Part shown: positions 30,090 through 43,152 of the stretch, in pieces
Layout: each line of letters opens with the position of its first letter
Numbering within the stretch: the stretch's first letter is position 1
Assembly (NCBI GenBank): GCA_964016885.1
Contig: OZ024742.1
Span: forward strand, 68,448,001-68,512,000
DNA from: Eledone cirrhosa
Lineage: Eukaryota
DNA length: 64,000 nt
Reading direction: 5' to 3'
Notes under the pieces: model-generated
Seen by the model: only the letters and a program-made list of their open reading frames with translations
Databases searched by the model: none
Told to the model about the DNA's origin: nothing
Made by a program: the position numbers and the translations under genes

Positions 30090-30500
30090 ACACACAGAAA
30101 AGATAAAATAGTGTAATAATTACAATATATTCACAAATTCCCTAAACACCTGAGAATTATTATTTAAAAACTTCGTCCGGATTTTTTTAAGACTTCTGAA
30201 ATTATCTTCAAACGAGGACATTATAAAATAAACTGTGGAATATAACAACGAAGTATTCCAAATATACAGAAGAAATTACAAAGCACCAAAAGTTTTGGAT
30301 CCCCAAATTAAACATAGAGACCAAGCAAGGAAAATAGAGTGTTATAATATTCCCTATATTTTACAATTAAAAGCTCCAATCGGTAAGGCTTCGAACTAAC
30401 AATATAAGCAAAATATTCCTAACTGCAAATCTACTAATAGAAACAATTGCCCCTACAAGGAAAATAGCTTTATATATTATGCAACAGTACAAACTAACAC
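30090..30500 (+). mobile_element. Highly decayed PLE remnant of a third lineage
   Basis: Fragments read RLLKLSSNEDI, NIPY..KAPIGK, NRNNCP and FIYYATV, resembling the PLE thumb/linker region. Confidence 0.4.
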
Positions 30501-31121
30501 TTTATCTTACCTTTTCCTTCACCTACTAATCTACCTAAGTAGCCGAAAGCTTGCAAATATTGTTTGCAAATACCGTTTGCATATATTGTTTGCTATTGAA
30601 TACATTCTCTGGGCACTTCTCCTTCTGAAAACATAATTTTATCAACATATAAATACTTAAATCAGTTAATTGCCTCACCGCTAATGAGTAGGGATGTTTG
30701 ATTATATAAAGAAAACTGGGATTTAAGATTAAAAACATAATAAAAATACCACTGACTAAAATAATCCTTGTATGTAGGAGTAGAATGGCACCTGGTTTTG
30801 CTATTACACTATATTTTTTTGTTCTCATTTTTGCCCTTACATTAGTAGGGATTTTATTCTGCTTTAACAGAACATTAAACTTCCACAACGCACGTGCCTC
30901 GTTTCCAAATTTTGATTTTGACAGTCATTTAGCCCTATGCTGAGTAAAAGCTCCGATCGCCAAAAGAATAGGTGCATCAAAACTAAAATCCTATCCAAAG
31001 AAATTTCCATCTCTTATCTGCTTATCGTAATGTAATCAGATCCAAGTGTCTTCACTTATGGATGCAGGATTTAATTAGAGGTTGAGTGAATGGGTTAATG
31101 GCTGATTACGTTAAGCTAAAT

Positions 31122-31400
31122 TGGTGAAAGTAGCATGGTCGAATGGTTTAGGATTTTAGATTGCAATCATTAGGTTCTGAGTTCGATCTCACTACATATC
31201 TGACATGCCTAGTGAAGCCCTTTGGATGGACTGTACCTGCAATTCAAAGAACTCGCCTTGTCACACACTGTGCCATGCTAAATCTCCCTCAGGTACATGT
31301 TAAGGGTACACTTTTGCGTGGAATGCTCAGGCATTGACACGTTAATTTCCCTAGTAGTTTGTTCCAGTGATCAAGCAATTGGAAGTCATCGCTGAAAGTA
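31122..31400 (+). mobile_element. tRNA-derived SINE
   Basis: A-box tggtcgaatgg and B-box gagttcgatctc. Body shared with 12835-13160. Confidence 0.7.
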
Positions 31401-31859
31401 ATGGGGGTTCAATGAGAAAGTAAAAGTGAGTGAGCAAGTATGAGTGAGTGGGTGTAAAACTAGACTGAAAGGAAACGTGAGAAAGGGTGAGACACAGAGA
31501 GGGGGGAAATTACAGAGTGACGTAAACAGTGTAGTGAGAAGGTATAGATGAAAGAGTATGAGTTACCGAGAGATAAATAGAAATAAATGAAAGGTTTATA
31601 GTGGTATAGAGTGAAAGAGAGCGAGAAAATGACAATGAATGTACATGAAAACGTAATGTTTAAAACAAATGAAAATAAAGCAAAATTATGGAAACAAAAG
31701 TAATACTAGAGATGGGAGAAGAAAACAAGAGAGTCGTAGCAATGTATTGAAATATTGGGGGGGGGAGTAGAAGAGAAATAGACAGAGAGGTCTTGTGTAA
31801 CTTAGAGAAAGGAGAGATAAGGGTGTCTGGAACTTATTGTAGGAAGGAAAGAAAAATCT

Positions 31860-34140
31860 ACGTTCTAACCATCTTTCTCAGGGTCTACACATGGGTTTCC
31901 TGTCGGTTGGTTTTGCCTGTAATATCTTTCCAGCGATTCTTTCCTGAAACATTCTAACCACTTCCCTATAGTATCGGAGCTGTGATCTCTCAATTCGGAG
32001 AAGTAGCGGCTCTACCTAGAGTGACTCTCTGATCTCCGAGCTACGCACTCTATGGAATAATGTTCCTCCAAAGACCCTTCAGAGGAACCCCATTTTGGCC
32101 GCTTGTATTTGCGATCGCCTTCTTTCGGTCATTAACCATGATTCATGATCATAAGTAAGGGTTGGCACAAATAGCGAATTGAAGATAGCAAGTTTGGCTT
32201 TTACACCTACATCCCTATTTGGTCGGCTGTGCTGCGTCCGGAGTGAAAACCGCACTGTTCATCAGCTAGCTTGGACTCGACAATCTCCCTCCATCTCTTT
32301 GCCAGACACTTAGCATAGACTTTTCCAGGGAGGCATAACAAAGAGATCCCTCTGTAATTGGATTAATCTCTCTTGTCTCCCGTTTTGAAAATAGGGATTA
32401 TCACTCCCGATTGCCATTGTTTAGGTGCCCTTCCAGAGATCCAGGCGACCCGACACACACGTGTCAACCAGAGAATACCTTATCTTATTTAACATATCGG
32501 GCCGGAGTTCATCTTCCTAAGCGGCCGTGCCACATTTAATTGCTCTCGTAACCTCAGCCACCGAGAGATTAATTGCTCTTGTGACCTCAGCCACAGAGAT
32601 ATTTGTCTTCCCTCCTAGATGAACCTCATGTACATCAAATGATGTTGTGATCGGGTTTAGGATTCAGCAAAGTATTTTCTCCACCTCACGAGGATGCATC
32701 TTCCGAAGAAAGAACCCCAAACGCGTTCTTGATAACAGGTGTGGAAGAGGACTTCCTATTACGAAATCGGTGGATGGTCTGCCAGAACACTTTATCTGTT
32801 GGTCTAAAGTCGGATTCCATCTTAACCCCAAATTCCTCCCATGTCAACTTTGAATGTCTTTACTGTCTCTGCTGCGCTTCTTCGTGTCTGTTTATACAGC
32901 AAAAGCAAGAAGGGCTTATTTCTAAGCCACGCTTTGTATGCCTCCTTCTTTTCTCGGATGACATATTTGACTTCTTCGTCGAGCAAAAGGATCCTCTTGC
33001 CATCCGGCAAGCCTCTTTCGCCCTCAGCATTTAACACCTAAAGCAAAAACTGCCGAGCTGAACAATCTCCACTCTGTCTTAATGTCCTCGATGTGCTCAG
33101 GGAGTTCTTTTGGATGCAATTGTATCTGCATATTTGGTCCTGACTTCTTTCTCCCCCAAGGCTTCCCACTTTATCCTGTAGGTCGACCTACCAGTTCTAT
33201 GGGCTTCTTTGGCTTTAGGTAGTCTCAAGTTGCAGATAACTAAATGATGATCAGTTGACAGCTCAGCTCCTCTCATAACACGAACATGCAGCATAGAATC
33301 GAAGAGATCAGAGTCAATAACAATTATTAATCTCTGCCTGATTTCCATCATACCATGTGTATTTATGGATGTCTCTGTGCTGGAAGAAGGTGTTCATAAT
33401 AGAGAGTCCATTGTTAGATCGGAGTCGCCATTCCTGCCAATTACTCCGTTCAAGGACAGGTGGCCAGTGCCAACATATACATTGAAATGTCCTATCTTCC
33501 ATCCAAATCTACAGTATCAGAGCCATGCAACTTTGTTAAAGAAACCCCGCCTATATCTAGCCGGTAACACCTAGCCTCCGCCACTAGTTCCTCCTCCTTA
33601 CCTGTAATGGTAATAATGTTCCAGGTTCCAATTGTCAAAGTTTGCTCCCTTCAAAATTCTCTCTGGTGTCTCGGCATACGCAATCTTTGTGCGTCCTTCC
33701 GACGCCTCCCAGGACAGGATGCAAGCCCATTGCCAAGTTTCAAGGCATGAAATGGAGACTGCAATATATTTTGCGAACAGGCCCCTCTACCTAACGCCTG
33801 AACGCGTCCCTTGTTAACCCGTGTGAGTGAGGATGCGGTATGGTTCTTTTTCGTACCATATTGCAGTTTTGGCTGCCCTATTTGCGCCAGTCACCAATCT
33901 GGTGCATTCTCAAATACGCGAAGACTAGGCTTTTTTTAGAGGCGGCCTTTATTCGCCACGTCATAGCACCATCACTTGGTTGTGAGAATTCTCTTGGAAG
34001 CTACAGGTGAGACCTAGTAGCTTACCGTCTGTTCGTCTGTCAGGAGCCGGCTTATATCGCAACCAACCATATTTGTGGCTATATCGCTATCCGCCACTTT
34101 CAACCCGTTCTCGAACAGAACAGCTCTGCCGGGAACGTAA
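31860..34140 (-). mobile_element. RTE-clade (Rex3/Expander-like) LINE, internally deleted
   Basis: APE motifs NNGLSIMNTFFQHRDIHKYTW and VRVMRGAELSTDHHLV. RT start GVIIPIFKTGDKR..NYRGISLL. C-terminus RVRSSEIRESL.VEPLLLRIERSQLR. The 5' boundary is approximate. Confidence 0.85.
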
Positions 34141-34605
34141 AGAAAACCACGGAACGTTTACACAGCGCTCCACTGATTCTAGCTGCATAAATATATATAT
34201 ATACATGTATGTGTATGTATGTGCATATGTATACATACATATATATACTTACACATATATATATGTATGCAAACATAAATGCATAGATATATACTTATGT
34301 ATATACATGTAGATACGGTGCGTCTGTGTGTGTGTGTGTGTGTGTGTGTAATATGTGTATGGTGTATATTTATATTTCATATATATATTCCAATATTAGA
34401 AGATTCGGGTAAATATTTTTTTAATAAATATAGAAAAGCTTCATTGACATTGAATAATGGTGTGAAAAAAGTTTACAATAAAAGCAATGTTTAGAAACAT
34501 TGAACTCTTTCATCTGGAACAGAATGAAAAGAAAGTTTTGACATTAAAATCTATAACGATTTTCTTTGTTCTTTCAATATACTTCACAACACGAAATACA
34601 GAGGT

Positions 34606-34641
<36 letters not shown>

Positions 34642-35162
34642 TATGTGTATATATATATATATATACAATTATTATGATAACATATATATATGTGTGTATA
34701 CATATATATACATATATATACTTATATATGCTTATATGCGTGTATATATATATATATATACGCAAAGATCTACGTTATGTATATTGATTACATGCTATCT
34801 ATACATATACGTGCATGTGTAAGTATGTGTGTAGATGTATGCATTTTAAATTAAATATATACATGCATATATATTTTTCAATATATTAATATAGCTATAT
34901 GAGATATAGATTTAGGTATTTATGCATATAGATCTCGGTATATAATAAACATGTTTGCATGTTGTTCTGTGTGTGTGAATAAATAAGTGTATTAAAATGT
35001 ATACAAATATTTGTTTCTTTTTTTCTTCCTTTACACACACATACACACACAAGTATACACACACACACACACACAAACACACATATATATATATATATAC
35101 ATACATATATATATATATATACATACATATACATATATATATAAATATGTATATACACACAT

Positions 35163-35231
<69 letters not shown>

Positions 35232-35299
35232 TAGATTGATAGATATAGGTATAGATATATATATGTGTGTGTATATATATATATATATGTATATATGTC

Positions 35300-37807
35300 A
35301 GGTCACCAGTTGGTGCTACTGGTAACATGTATCCCAGTACAACCTGTCTCATGGTCGGGTCGTTGGCGACTAAACTGGCAACCCCACCAAGGTTTCTTGG
35401 TGAGGAGGGTGGCTTTGGACATCCTGCAGGACTAAAAACAATACCTGTCAAAGGGCAAAGGAGCTCGTAAGAGTCAATGGCCATCCAAAATCACTGGGAG
35501 AGATGACCCCTTAGCCTTTGTCAAGGCAGAATTCTAGGAGAAGGAAAACTCTGATATAACACCTGCAACCCTGATGGTATCCAATGATGTTGAATTGTTC
35601 TTCTTTTTGGTAAATATCATCTTGGTTAAGAGAGTGGGACTGGCTTTGTGCAGTGCCTTTGCTCACTATAAAAGCTTCACGGCACAGGCATTGCTTTATA
35701 TCTGGAGATCTTTCTGCACTTGTCGTCACATGGTACCATGGGCCCAGCACTATGTGTCATTAATTGTCACAAGTGTAGTGTTTGTACCAGAGTTTTCAAG
35801 TCGCTGGCTGGACTAAAAAGTCACACTCGTTCAGCGCATTGGTAGGGGTTCTCCTACATGGATATAAAGTAGTGGCCGTACTCGAAAACGAGTTGTCAGC
35901 CACCATATGTATATATGTAGTGTAGTGTTTGTACCAGAGTTTTCAAGTCGCTGGCTGGACTAAAACGTCACACTTGTTCAGCGTATCGGTAGGGGTTCTC
36001 CTACATGGATATAAAGTAGTGGCCGTACTCGAAAACGAGTTTGCAGCCACCACCATGCATGTATTCCGGGAGGGATGACCCCTTAGCCTTTGTCTAGGCA
36101 GAATTCTAGGAGAAGGAAAACTCTGATATAACACCTGCAACCCTGATGGTATCCAATGATGTTGACTTGTTCTTCTTTTTGGTAAATATCATCTTGGTTA
36201 AGAGAGTGGGACTGGCTTTGTGCAGTGCCTTTGCTCACTATAAAAGCTTCACGGCACAGGCATTGCTTTATATGTGAAGATCTCTCTGCACTTGTCGTCA
36301 CATGGTACCATGGGCCCAGCACTATGTGTCATTAATTGTCACAAGTGTAGTGTTTGTACCAGAGTTTTCAAGTCGCTGGCTGGACTCAAAAGTCACACTC
36401 GTTCAGCGCATCGGTAGGAGTTCTCCTACAGGGATATAAAGTAGTGGCCGTACTCGAAAACGAGTTGGCAGCCACCATGTGTGTATGTATGTATATATGT
36501 AGGTATGTATGTGTGTATGTATGTATATATGTAGGTATGTATGTATATATGTAGGTATGTATGTGTGTATGTAGGTATGTAGGTATATATGTATATATGT
36601 AGGTATGTATGTATGTGCAACCCCGCCAAGGTTTCTTGGTGAGGAGGGTGGCTTTGGACATCCTGCAGGACTAAAAACAAAACCTGTCAAAGGGCAAAGG
36701 AGCTCTTAAGAGTCAATGGCCATCCATAATCACCGGGAGAGATGACCCCTTAGCCTTTGTCAAGGCAGAATTCTAGGAGAAGGAAAACTCTGATATAACA
36801 CCTGCAACCCTTATGGTATCCAATGATGTTGACTTGTTCTTCTTTTTGGTAAATATCATCTTGGTTAAGAGAGTGGGACTGGCTTTGTGCAGTGCCTTTG
36901 CTCACTATAAAAGCTTCACGGCACAGGCATTGCTTTATATGTGGAGATCTCTCTGCACTTGTCGTCACATGGTACCATGGGCCCAGCACTATGCGTCATT
37001 AATTGTCACAAGTGTAGTGTTTGTACCAGAGTTTTCAAGTCGCTGGCTGGACTCAAAAGTCACACTCGTTCAGCGCATCGGTAGGAGTTCTCCTACATGG
37101 ATATAAAGTAGTGGCCGTACTCGAAAACGAGTTGGCAGCTACCATGTGTGTATGTATGTATATATGTAGGTATGTATGTGTGTATGTATGTATATATGTA
37201 GGTATGTATGTATATATGTAGGTATGTATGTGTGTATGTAGGTATGTAGGTATATATGTATATATGTAGGTATGTATGTATGTGCAACCCCACCAAGGTT
37301 TCTTGGTGAGGAGGGTGACTTTGGACATCCTGCAGGACTAAAAACAAAACCTGTCAAAGGGCAAAGGAGCTCTTAAGAGTCAATGGCCATCCATAATCAC
37401 CGGGAGAGATGACCCCTTAGCCTTTGTCAAGGCAGAATTCTAGGAGAAGGAAAACTCTGATATAACACCTGCAACCCTTATGGTATCCAATGATGTTGAC
37501 GTGTTCTTCTTTTTGGTAAATATCATCTTGTTTAAGAGAGTGGGACTGGCTTTGTGCAGTGCCTTTGCTCACTATAAAAGCTTCACGGCACAGGCATTGC
37601 TTTATATCTGGAATCTCTCTGAACTTGTCATCACAGGGTACAATGGGCCCAGCACTATGTGTCAGTAATTGTCACAAGTGGAGTGTTTGTACCAAAGTTT
37701 TCAAGTCGCTGGCTGGACTTAAAAGTCACACTCGTTCAGCGCATCAGTAGGGGTTCTCATACATGGATATAAAGTAGTGGCCGTACTCGAAAACGAGTTG
37801 GCAGCCA

Positions 37808-37810
<3 letters not shown>
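35300..37810 (+). mobile_element. Head-to-tail array of the bipartite RTE-derived element (4 long copies + 1 short; period 667 bp in the centre)
   Basis: Near-identical units with (ATGT)n tails. The 3' part encodes CSVCTRVFKSLAGLKSHTRSAH (C2H2). Confidence 0.85.
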
Positions 37811-37899
<89 letters not shown>

Positions 37900-38068
37900 T
37901 AACAGCTGTTAACTGCGATCATGGATGTTTCGACTGTTTTAAGCGCCGAAACATCTATGATCGTAGTTAACAGCTGATGAAGGGTTTCTTCTCTTGTTTA
38001 CGTCCATATTTCTATCTTACACTTTGTTTACAGTAACCACACAGCCCGCTCCGTTTCTTGTAATTTTA

Positions 38069-38103
<35 letters not shown>

Positions 38104-38190
38104 GTAAAGTTATATTTAAAATTGTTGGGTTACAACTAGTAAATATTTATAACTGATATAAAAGCACTCGACAAATACTTGGAGTATATT

Positions 38191-38298
38191 TACAATATTA
38201 AATAAATGGAAAACTATATTTATAAAACCATATCTATTTCATTATAATGAAATAGATATGGTTTTATAAATATAGTTTTCCATTTATTTAATATTGTA
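38191..38298. repeat. Perfect 108-bp spacerless palindrome next to (TA)n
   Basis: The 54-bp arms are exact reverse complements, centred on cattataatg. Confidence 0.95.
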
Positions 38299-39005
38299 TA
38301 TATATATATATATATATAGTCCATAGTAACGAGCTTATTGGAAATATATTCATTATATACTCGGTTGTCCACATACATCGCTCAGTGAGACACAGTCTGA
38401 ACGTATTGGTGTACAAACCTGTCTCAGATTGCTAACAAAATGCATATTTGTAATGGGGCGGTCGCAGGCGGCTGTCCCAGAACTCTAGGTTATCCGCGAG
38501 TTCAGACTGATTCGACAAATGCAATGGCAGTATCGTGCATATATGCAAGCCAATTCTGCACCGCTTCTTCAGCGGATATATCTATTACAGCAAGAGAGTT
38601 CGAAGCCAGGTGTCAAGAAATTACTGCTATAATGGCTAAGGTAGTCGGCAGCAAATAGTGACGTCATACCTGGAAGATCGACTCGGTGTTCGATCAGGCT
38701 CTGTGCTAATAGCAACAGATTTAAAATAAAATTTATCTTGAATTTACAGCCGGTTTAGATCTCAACCAGTTGAAAAAAAAAAGAAAAGAACAATATGAAC
38801 CAGAAACACGTTGCCAGTTGTCCCCCGCTACTTCTGCTGGAATCTGCTAAACGGCACTGGCCGTCAGATTTTCATTATTCATAGCTAAACGGCTTTCCAA
38901 ATGTTTATTCGTAAATATACCGTATGTCGTTATATATACAAAATTCACACAGACACACACACGCACACACACACACACACGCGCGCGCGCGCACGCACAC
39001 ATACG

Positions 39006-39080
<75 letters not shown>

Positions 39081-39084
<4 letters not shown>

Positions 39085-40050
39085 ATGGTATACAAGCTCC
39101 TACATAAATTGGTATAATTTCACCCAAATTGTAGGAGTCCTATAATGAAACGAGACGTCCGTCTGGGAAGATATATATTAGATATATCTCATATGAAATA
39201 ATACAGCCAATTTTCCACGCAATACTTTTAGTTAGCACCCCGAACGCTTAATTGGGAATATAATCACTTATTTCTTAATGTTTGTTGAGTGAGTTGGAAT
39301 TTGGCCGGAGTATCGCTATAAAGCTTTCTCCGATATTGTATTTATTTACTTACTCTTGGAGCAACAGATTCGAAAAAATTAAAGATGTAAGGTTAGCATT
39401 TCTTTGTTTATTTTTATATATGAATATTGATTGTTCCTTATATCTCATTCTGTTATTTTGCCCGAGAAAATATCTGTGTGTGTCATCAAATGTTGTACAC
39501 ACATAGATATTTTTTCAATTTCCAATTGAGTTCTTAGCACGTGGCCTGAATCCCTTTCAGAGTTCATTGTCACGCGCAAGTGTTATTTTTTTGGCGGTAA
39601 TTCACTTCCTCATTTTTTGAATCAGTTCGAGCACTTCTTTCAGAACTGCTGGACTGGCTACCTGACAGATACCTCAGGCACAGTAGGTGATTATCGCTAA
39701 ATGCTGATGTTGGTTAGATTATCAATATTAGTGTTATTGGGGCACCCACTGATGAATTATAGGAGCCCACTTGAATATATATCTATTGATGGTATACAAG
39801 CTCCTACATAAATTGGTATAATTTCACCCAAATTGTAGGAGTCCTATAATGAAACGAGACGTCCGTCTGGGAAGAGATATATTAGATATATCTCATATGA
39901 AATAATACAGCCAATTTTCCACGCAATACTTTTAGTTAGCACCCCGAACGCTTAATTGGGAATATAATCACTTATTTCCGAATGTTTGTTGAGTGAGTTG
40001 GAATTTGGCCGGAGTATCGCTATAAAGCTTTCTCCGATATTGTATTTATT
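39081..40050 (+). mobile_element. Retrozyme-like element, ~704-bp unit with ~270-bp terminal redundancy
   Basis: About 39081-39350 is repeated at about 39785-40050. (TA)n flanks, and the HHR spans the repeat junction. Confidence 0.75.
39745..39871 (+). ncRNA. Type I hammerhead ribozyme with a large branched stem II
   Basis: CCCA-CUGAUGA-AUUAUAGGA..(CUCCUACA/UGUAGGAG)..UCCUAUAAU-GAA-ACG(A)GACGUCCGU-C-UGGG. Confidence 0.85.
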
Positions 40051-40180
40051 ATATATATATATGTATATATATGTATATAGGACCTAATATACCTGTGTAA
40101 AATTGCCTCCTGTGTTTTGTTTGTTTCATTTAACTATGTATATATATATATATATATATAAATAATATATAATATATATA

Positions 40181-40235
<55 letters not shown>

Positions 40236-40304
40236 AATGAAACAAACAAAACACAGGAGGCAATTTTACACAGGTATATTAGGTTCTATATATATATATA
40301 CATA

Positions 40305-40385
<81 letters not shown>

Positions 40386-40403
40386 TAAATAATATATATA
40401 TAT

Positions 40404-41790
40404 AATTTGTTTTGCAAGGTTTTTGATATGAAATCGTGTGTCGAAACAACTATTGTTATACTTGGGGAGGGTCATATTGTTGTAATACTATTGCCAGAAA
40501 TAATAACAGAACACACTCACTGTTTGGTTGATTTTCGCTTCTGTATCTTTTATATCTCCATAATTAATTCATTTGGTACTCACTGTTTATCATTGACTGA
40601 CCAACGATCAAAAATACAGATATAATATAGATATAAAGACCTATATATATAGTCTAACAAAGTTCTTTCGTTGCACATCTGCAACATCATCAGTGGTACT
40701 ATTATGTTCCTCCTGTTGTATTGTATGTCTACGCCATTTTTATTTTATCTGTTTATTTATTTATTTATGTTTGTCTTCTCTGCGCATGCGTTTGCGTGAA
40801 TGTATAATGTTTGGTGTGTGTTCGCGTTTGGGTGACTGTGTTTTGGTTATTGTATTCTATCTTAGTTTACTAGTGTGTGTTTATATGTGTTTGTTGTTAT
40901 TGTGCTTGTGTATATATTTATTTATTTGTTTATTTATATTTCTCTTAAGTCAGTATTGTTTGTTTGGGTGTTGTTATTCCATTCATTTTTTCTGTTTAGC
41001 TTTGGCCTTCTAAGCTCTATTTCGCTTGCTTCTCTGATTTGCCTATCTGCTGGGTCATTTCTATGTTTAGATATTATTTTAATTTCTATGTTGTATATGT
41101 TACCGTCATGTTGTTGTCTGGCGTGTTCGTATAGAACTGAACCATTTTTTCGTCCTTTTAATTCCCTCTAGTGTTGGTCTATCCTTTCTCCTATGCTTCG
41201 AGCTGTCTTGCCTATGTATGCTGTTGTCATGTTTCTACAAGTACCCTCTGTACATCTTATGCTATAGACTACGTTTCTAGTTTTACAGTTTATCTGGTGT
41301 TTTACTTTACACATAACACAACACATAGTACAGTTGGTTTTCTTAAAAGGGTATGTTTTGCTTATCAGGGATTTTATGGTAGCTTTTATGGTAGCTTTAT
41401 GGTAGCTTTTCTACCAATTTAATCTTTAAGTGGGACTTTCTCAGAGCCTTTCTACACTGGTGAGCTAATTTCCTTCCAGGGCTAGCGTCTACGAACATGA
41501 CACTCTGGTATCTCTGGTTGTCGTACCATGAGGTGGCTTTCCCTATCTTATGTTTAGTCCTATCTAAGCTATTCCATGATTTGCTCCTGTATAATGGGCA
41601 AATTCCTTTCATGTCTAGTTCTATGAGAGTCTTATACTTCTCCGTGGCTCCTTTGTATATTCTGATTCTGTCTCTTTGGTTGTAGCCAGAGAACTGCATG
41701 CGGTTGATGAAGTGTTGGATGTGTCACAATATTTATTATTTATCACATATAATTCATTGTTCTTCTTTAAATCCTGGTATTAAGGTAAAC
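40404..41790 (-). mobile_element. Second Naiad-type PLE, decayed 3' part
   Basis: MQFSGY..GICPLYRSKSW..SWY..SVMFVDASPG. The downstream frame reads NCKTRNVVYSIRC..YIGKTARSIGER..RQIREA..PKLN. The 3' terminus is homologous to 28915-29010. Confidence 0.85.
40655..40698 (-). ncRNA. Hammerhead ribozyme in the Naiad 3'UTR
   Basis: UACCA-CUGAUGA-U-GUUGCA-GAUG-UGCAAC-GAA-AGAACU-U-UGUUA. Confidence 0.75.
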
Positions 41791-41841
41791 CTCTGGACAG
41801 AGCAGTCTGAGGTCGAGCAAATGTATTATATTTTGATATCA

Positions 41842-41968
41842 TGGCCTGTCGACAAGACACTGCATAGCTATGTGGCCCGCCGACAAGACACTGCATAGCT
41901 ATGTGGCCCGCCGACAAGACACTGCATAGCAATGAGGCCCGCACCCCCAAAACGTTGCCGACCTTACC
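41842..41968. mobile_element. 31-bp tandem repeat (x3) within a probable hAT-like MITE end
   Basis: cgacaagacactgcatagctatgtggcccgc three times, then aaacgttgccgacc, which resembles a hAT terminus. Confidence 0.5.
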
Positions 41969-42603
41969 ATGAGTAATATGTAAAATGCTGATACCACATG
42001 TCTTAGTATTGTCTCTATACCAATAGCTAATGACTCACTTTCTTCACGAAAAGTTCACAGGAGCAAAACAGAACCCGGACAAGTCTGTCGGTTTGCAACT
42101 CGGAACGTGGAGAGGCAAACCGATGCCGTCCGACAGCGTCCTTGGACGCTGGACGGTGAAATTTCTCCGGTTTTACTTTGGAGCTGAATATTACACTGAT
42201 TAGACTTTGAAGCTGAAATTTCTTTTCGCTACTGTTTGTATGTGTTTTGAATGGATATGGCCTTTCAAACAGTTGGAAATTGGTAGAAAAAAAACTGTGT
42301 AATGAAGCTGTAAGATAAAACCTATATTATAAACAACACTTAAAACACTTGGTTGTGATTAATGAATGGCATTTTCTAAGAACAGGAGAATTCCTGTCGC
42401 CACCTAGCAACTTCCACACACCCTCATTCCGCCTACCAACCCACAATGCTTAGCACTGATGCCTGTGCGACATTCAGAGATGGTTTTCCGTTTGAATAAC
42501 ACCGAATTGACAGGCCATCCCCGAATCAAATCGGTCCTCTGTTTTCTATTCTCTGTTTGTATTCGCCGTAATCCTGTTATCTTAAATAGTTAATTTTGCA
42601 ATT

Positions 42604-42679
42604 AACGCCTGATGAAATCGCCTAAGTCTTACATCATGATCGGATGATAAGACTGGGCCATTGAAATATGTATTGTATT
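42604..42679 (+). ncRNA. Decayed hammerhead ribozyme with a long stem II
   Basis: CUGAUGA-AAU-c-GCCU-a-AGUCUUA-CAUC..GAUG-a-UAAGACU-GGGC-c-AUU-GAA-AUAUGUAU-U. Stem I is imperfect. Confidence 0.6.
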
Positions 42680-42939
42680 TTCGAGGAATTGAAACTCTAA
42701 AGAAAGTTTCTAGTCCAAGCTTCTGTCCAGCCGCGGGATACCACATCTACGAATGTTGATTTACATAACGTCGAATGCTTTAATATATGACACTATCGTT
42801 TACTAACCGGAATCACCAGATCTACCCATTTATAAACAACCTAAAATAAATGGTGTATACATATGTATACATATATATATATATATGTGTGTGTGTGTGT
42901 ATGTGTGTATTTATATATATATATTTATATATGTATATA

Positions 42940-42977
<38 letters not shown>

Positions 42978-43034
42978 CATACATATATATATATACATAT
43001 ATACATACATATGCACACACATATACACATACAT

Positions 43035-43152
<118 letters not shown>

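Noticed and set aside
30535-31020. 117-aa minus-strand ORF, possible transposase remnant
   Set aside because: No motif I can recognise with confidence.
37903-37980. Hairpin carrying CGAAAC and CTGATGA
   Set aside because: I could not assemble consistent stems I-III. It is more likely a fold-back junction of a repeat terminus.
20560-38950. Repeat family shared by about 20600-20730, 23305-23720 and 38820-38950
   Set aside because: Clearly an interspersed repeat, but I found no TIR, HHR or coding feature to classify it.
29343-41699. Selenocysteine recoding reported for some Naiad PLEs
   Set aside because: The linker and endonuclease cysteines read here are ordinary TGT/TGC codons. I see no in-frame TGA at those positions and recognise no SECIS.
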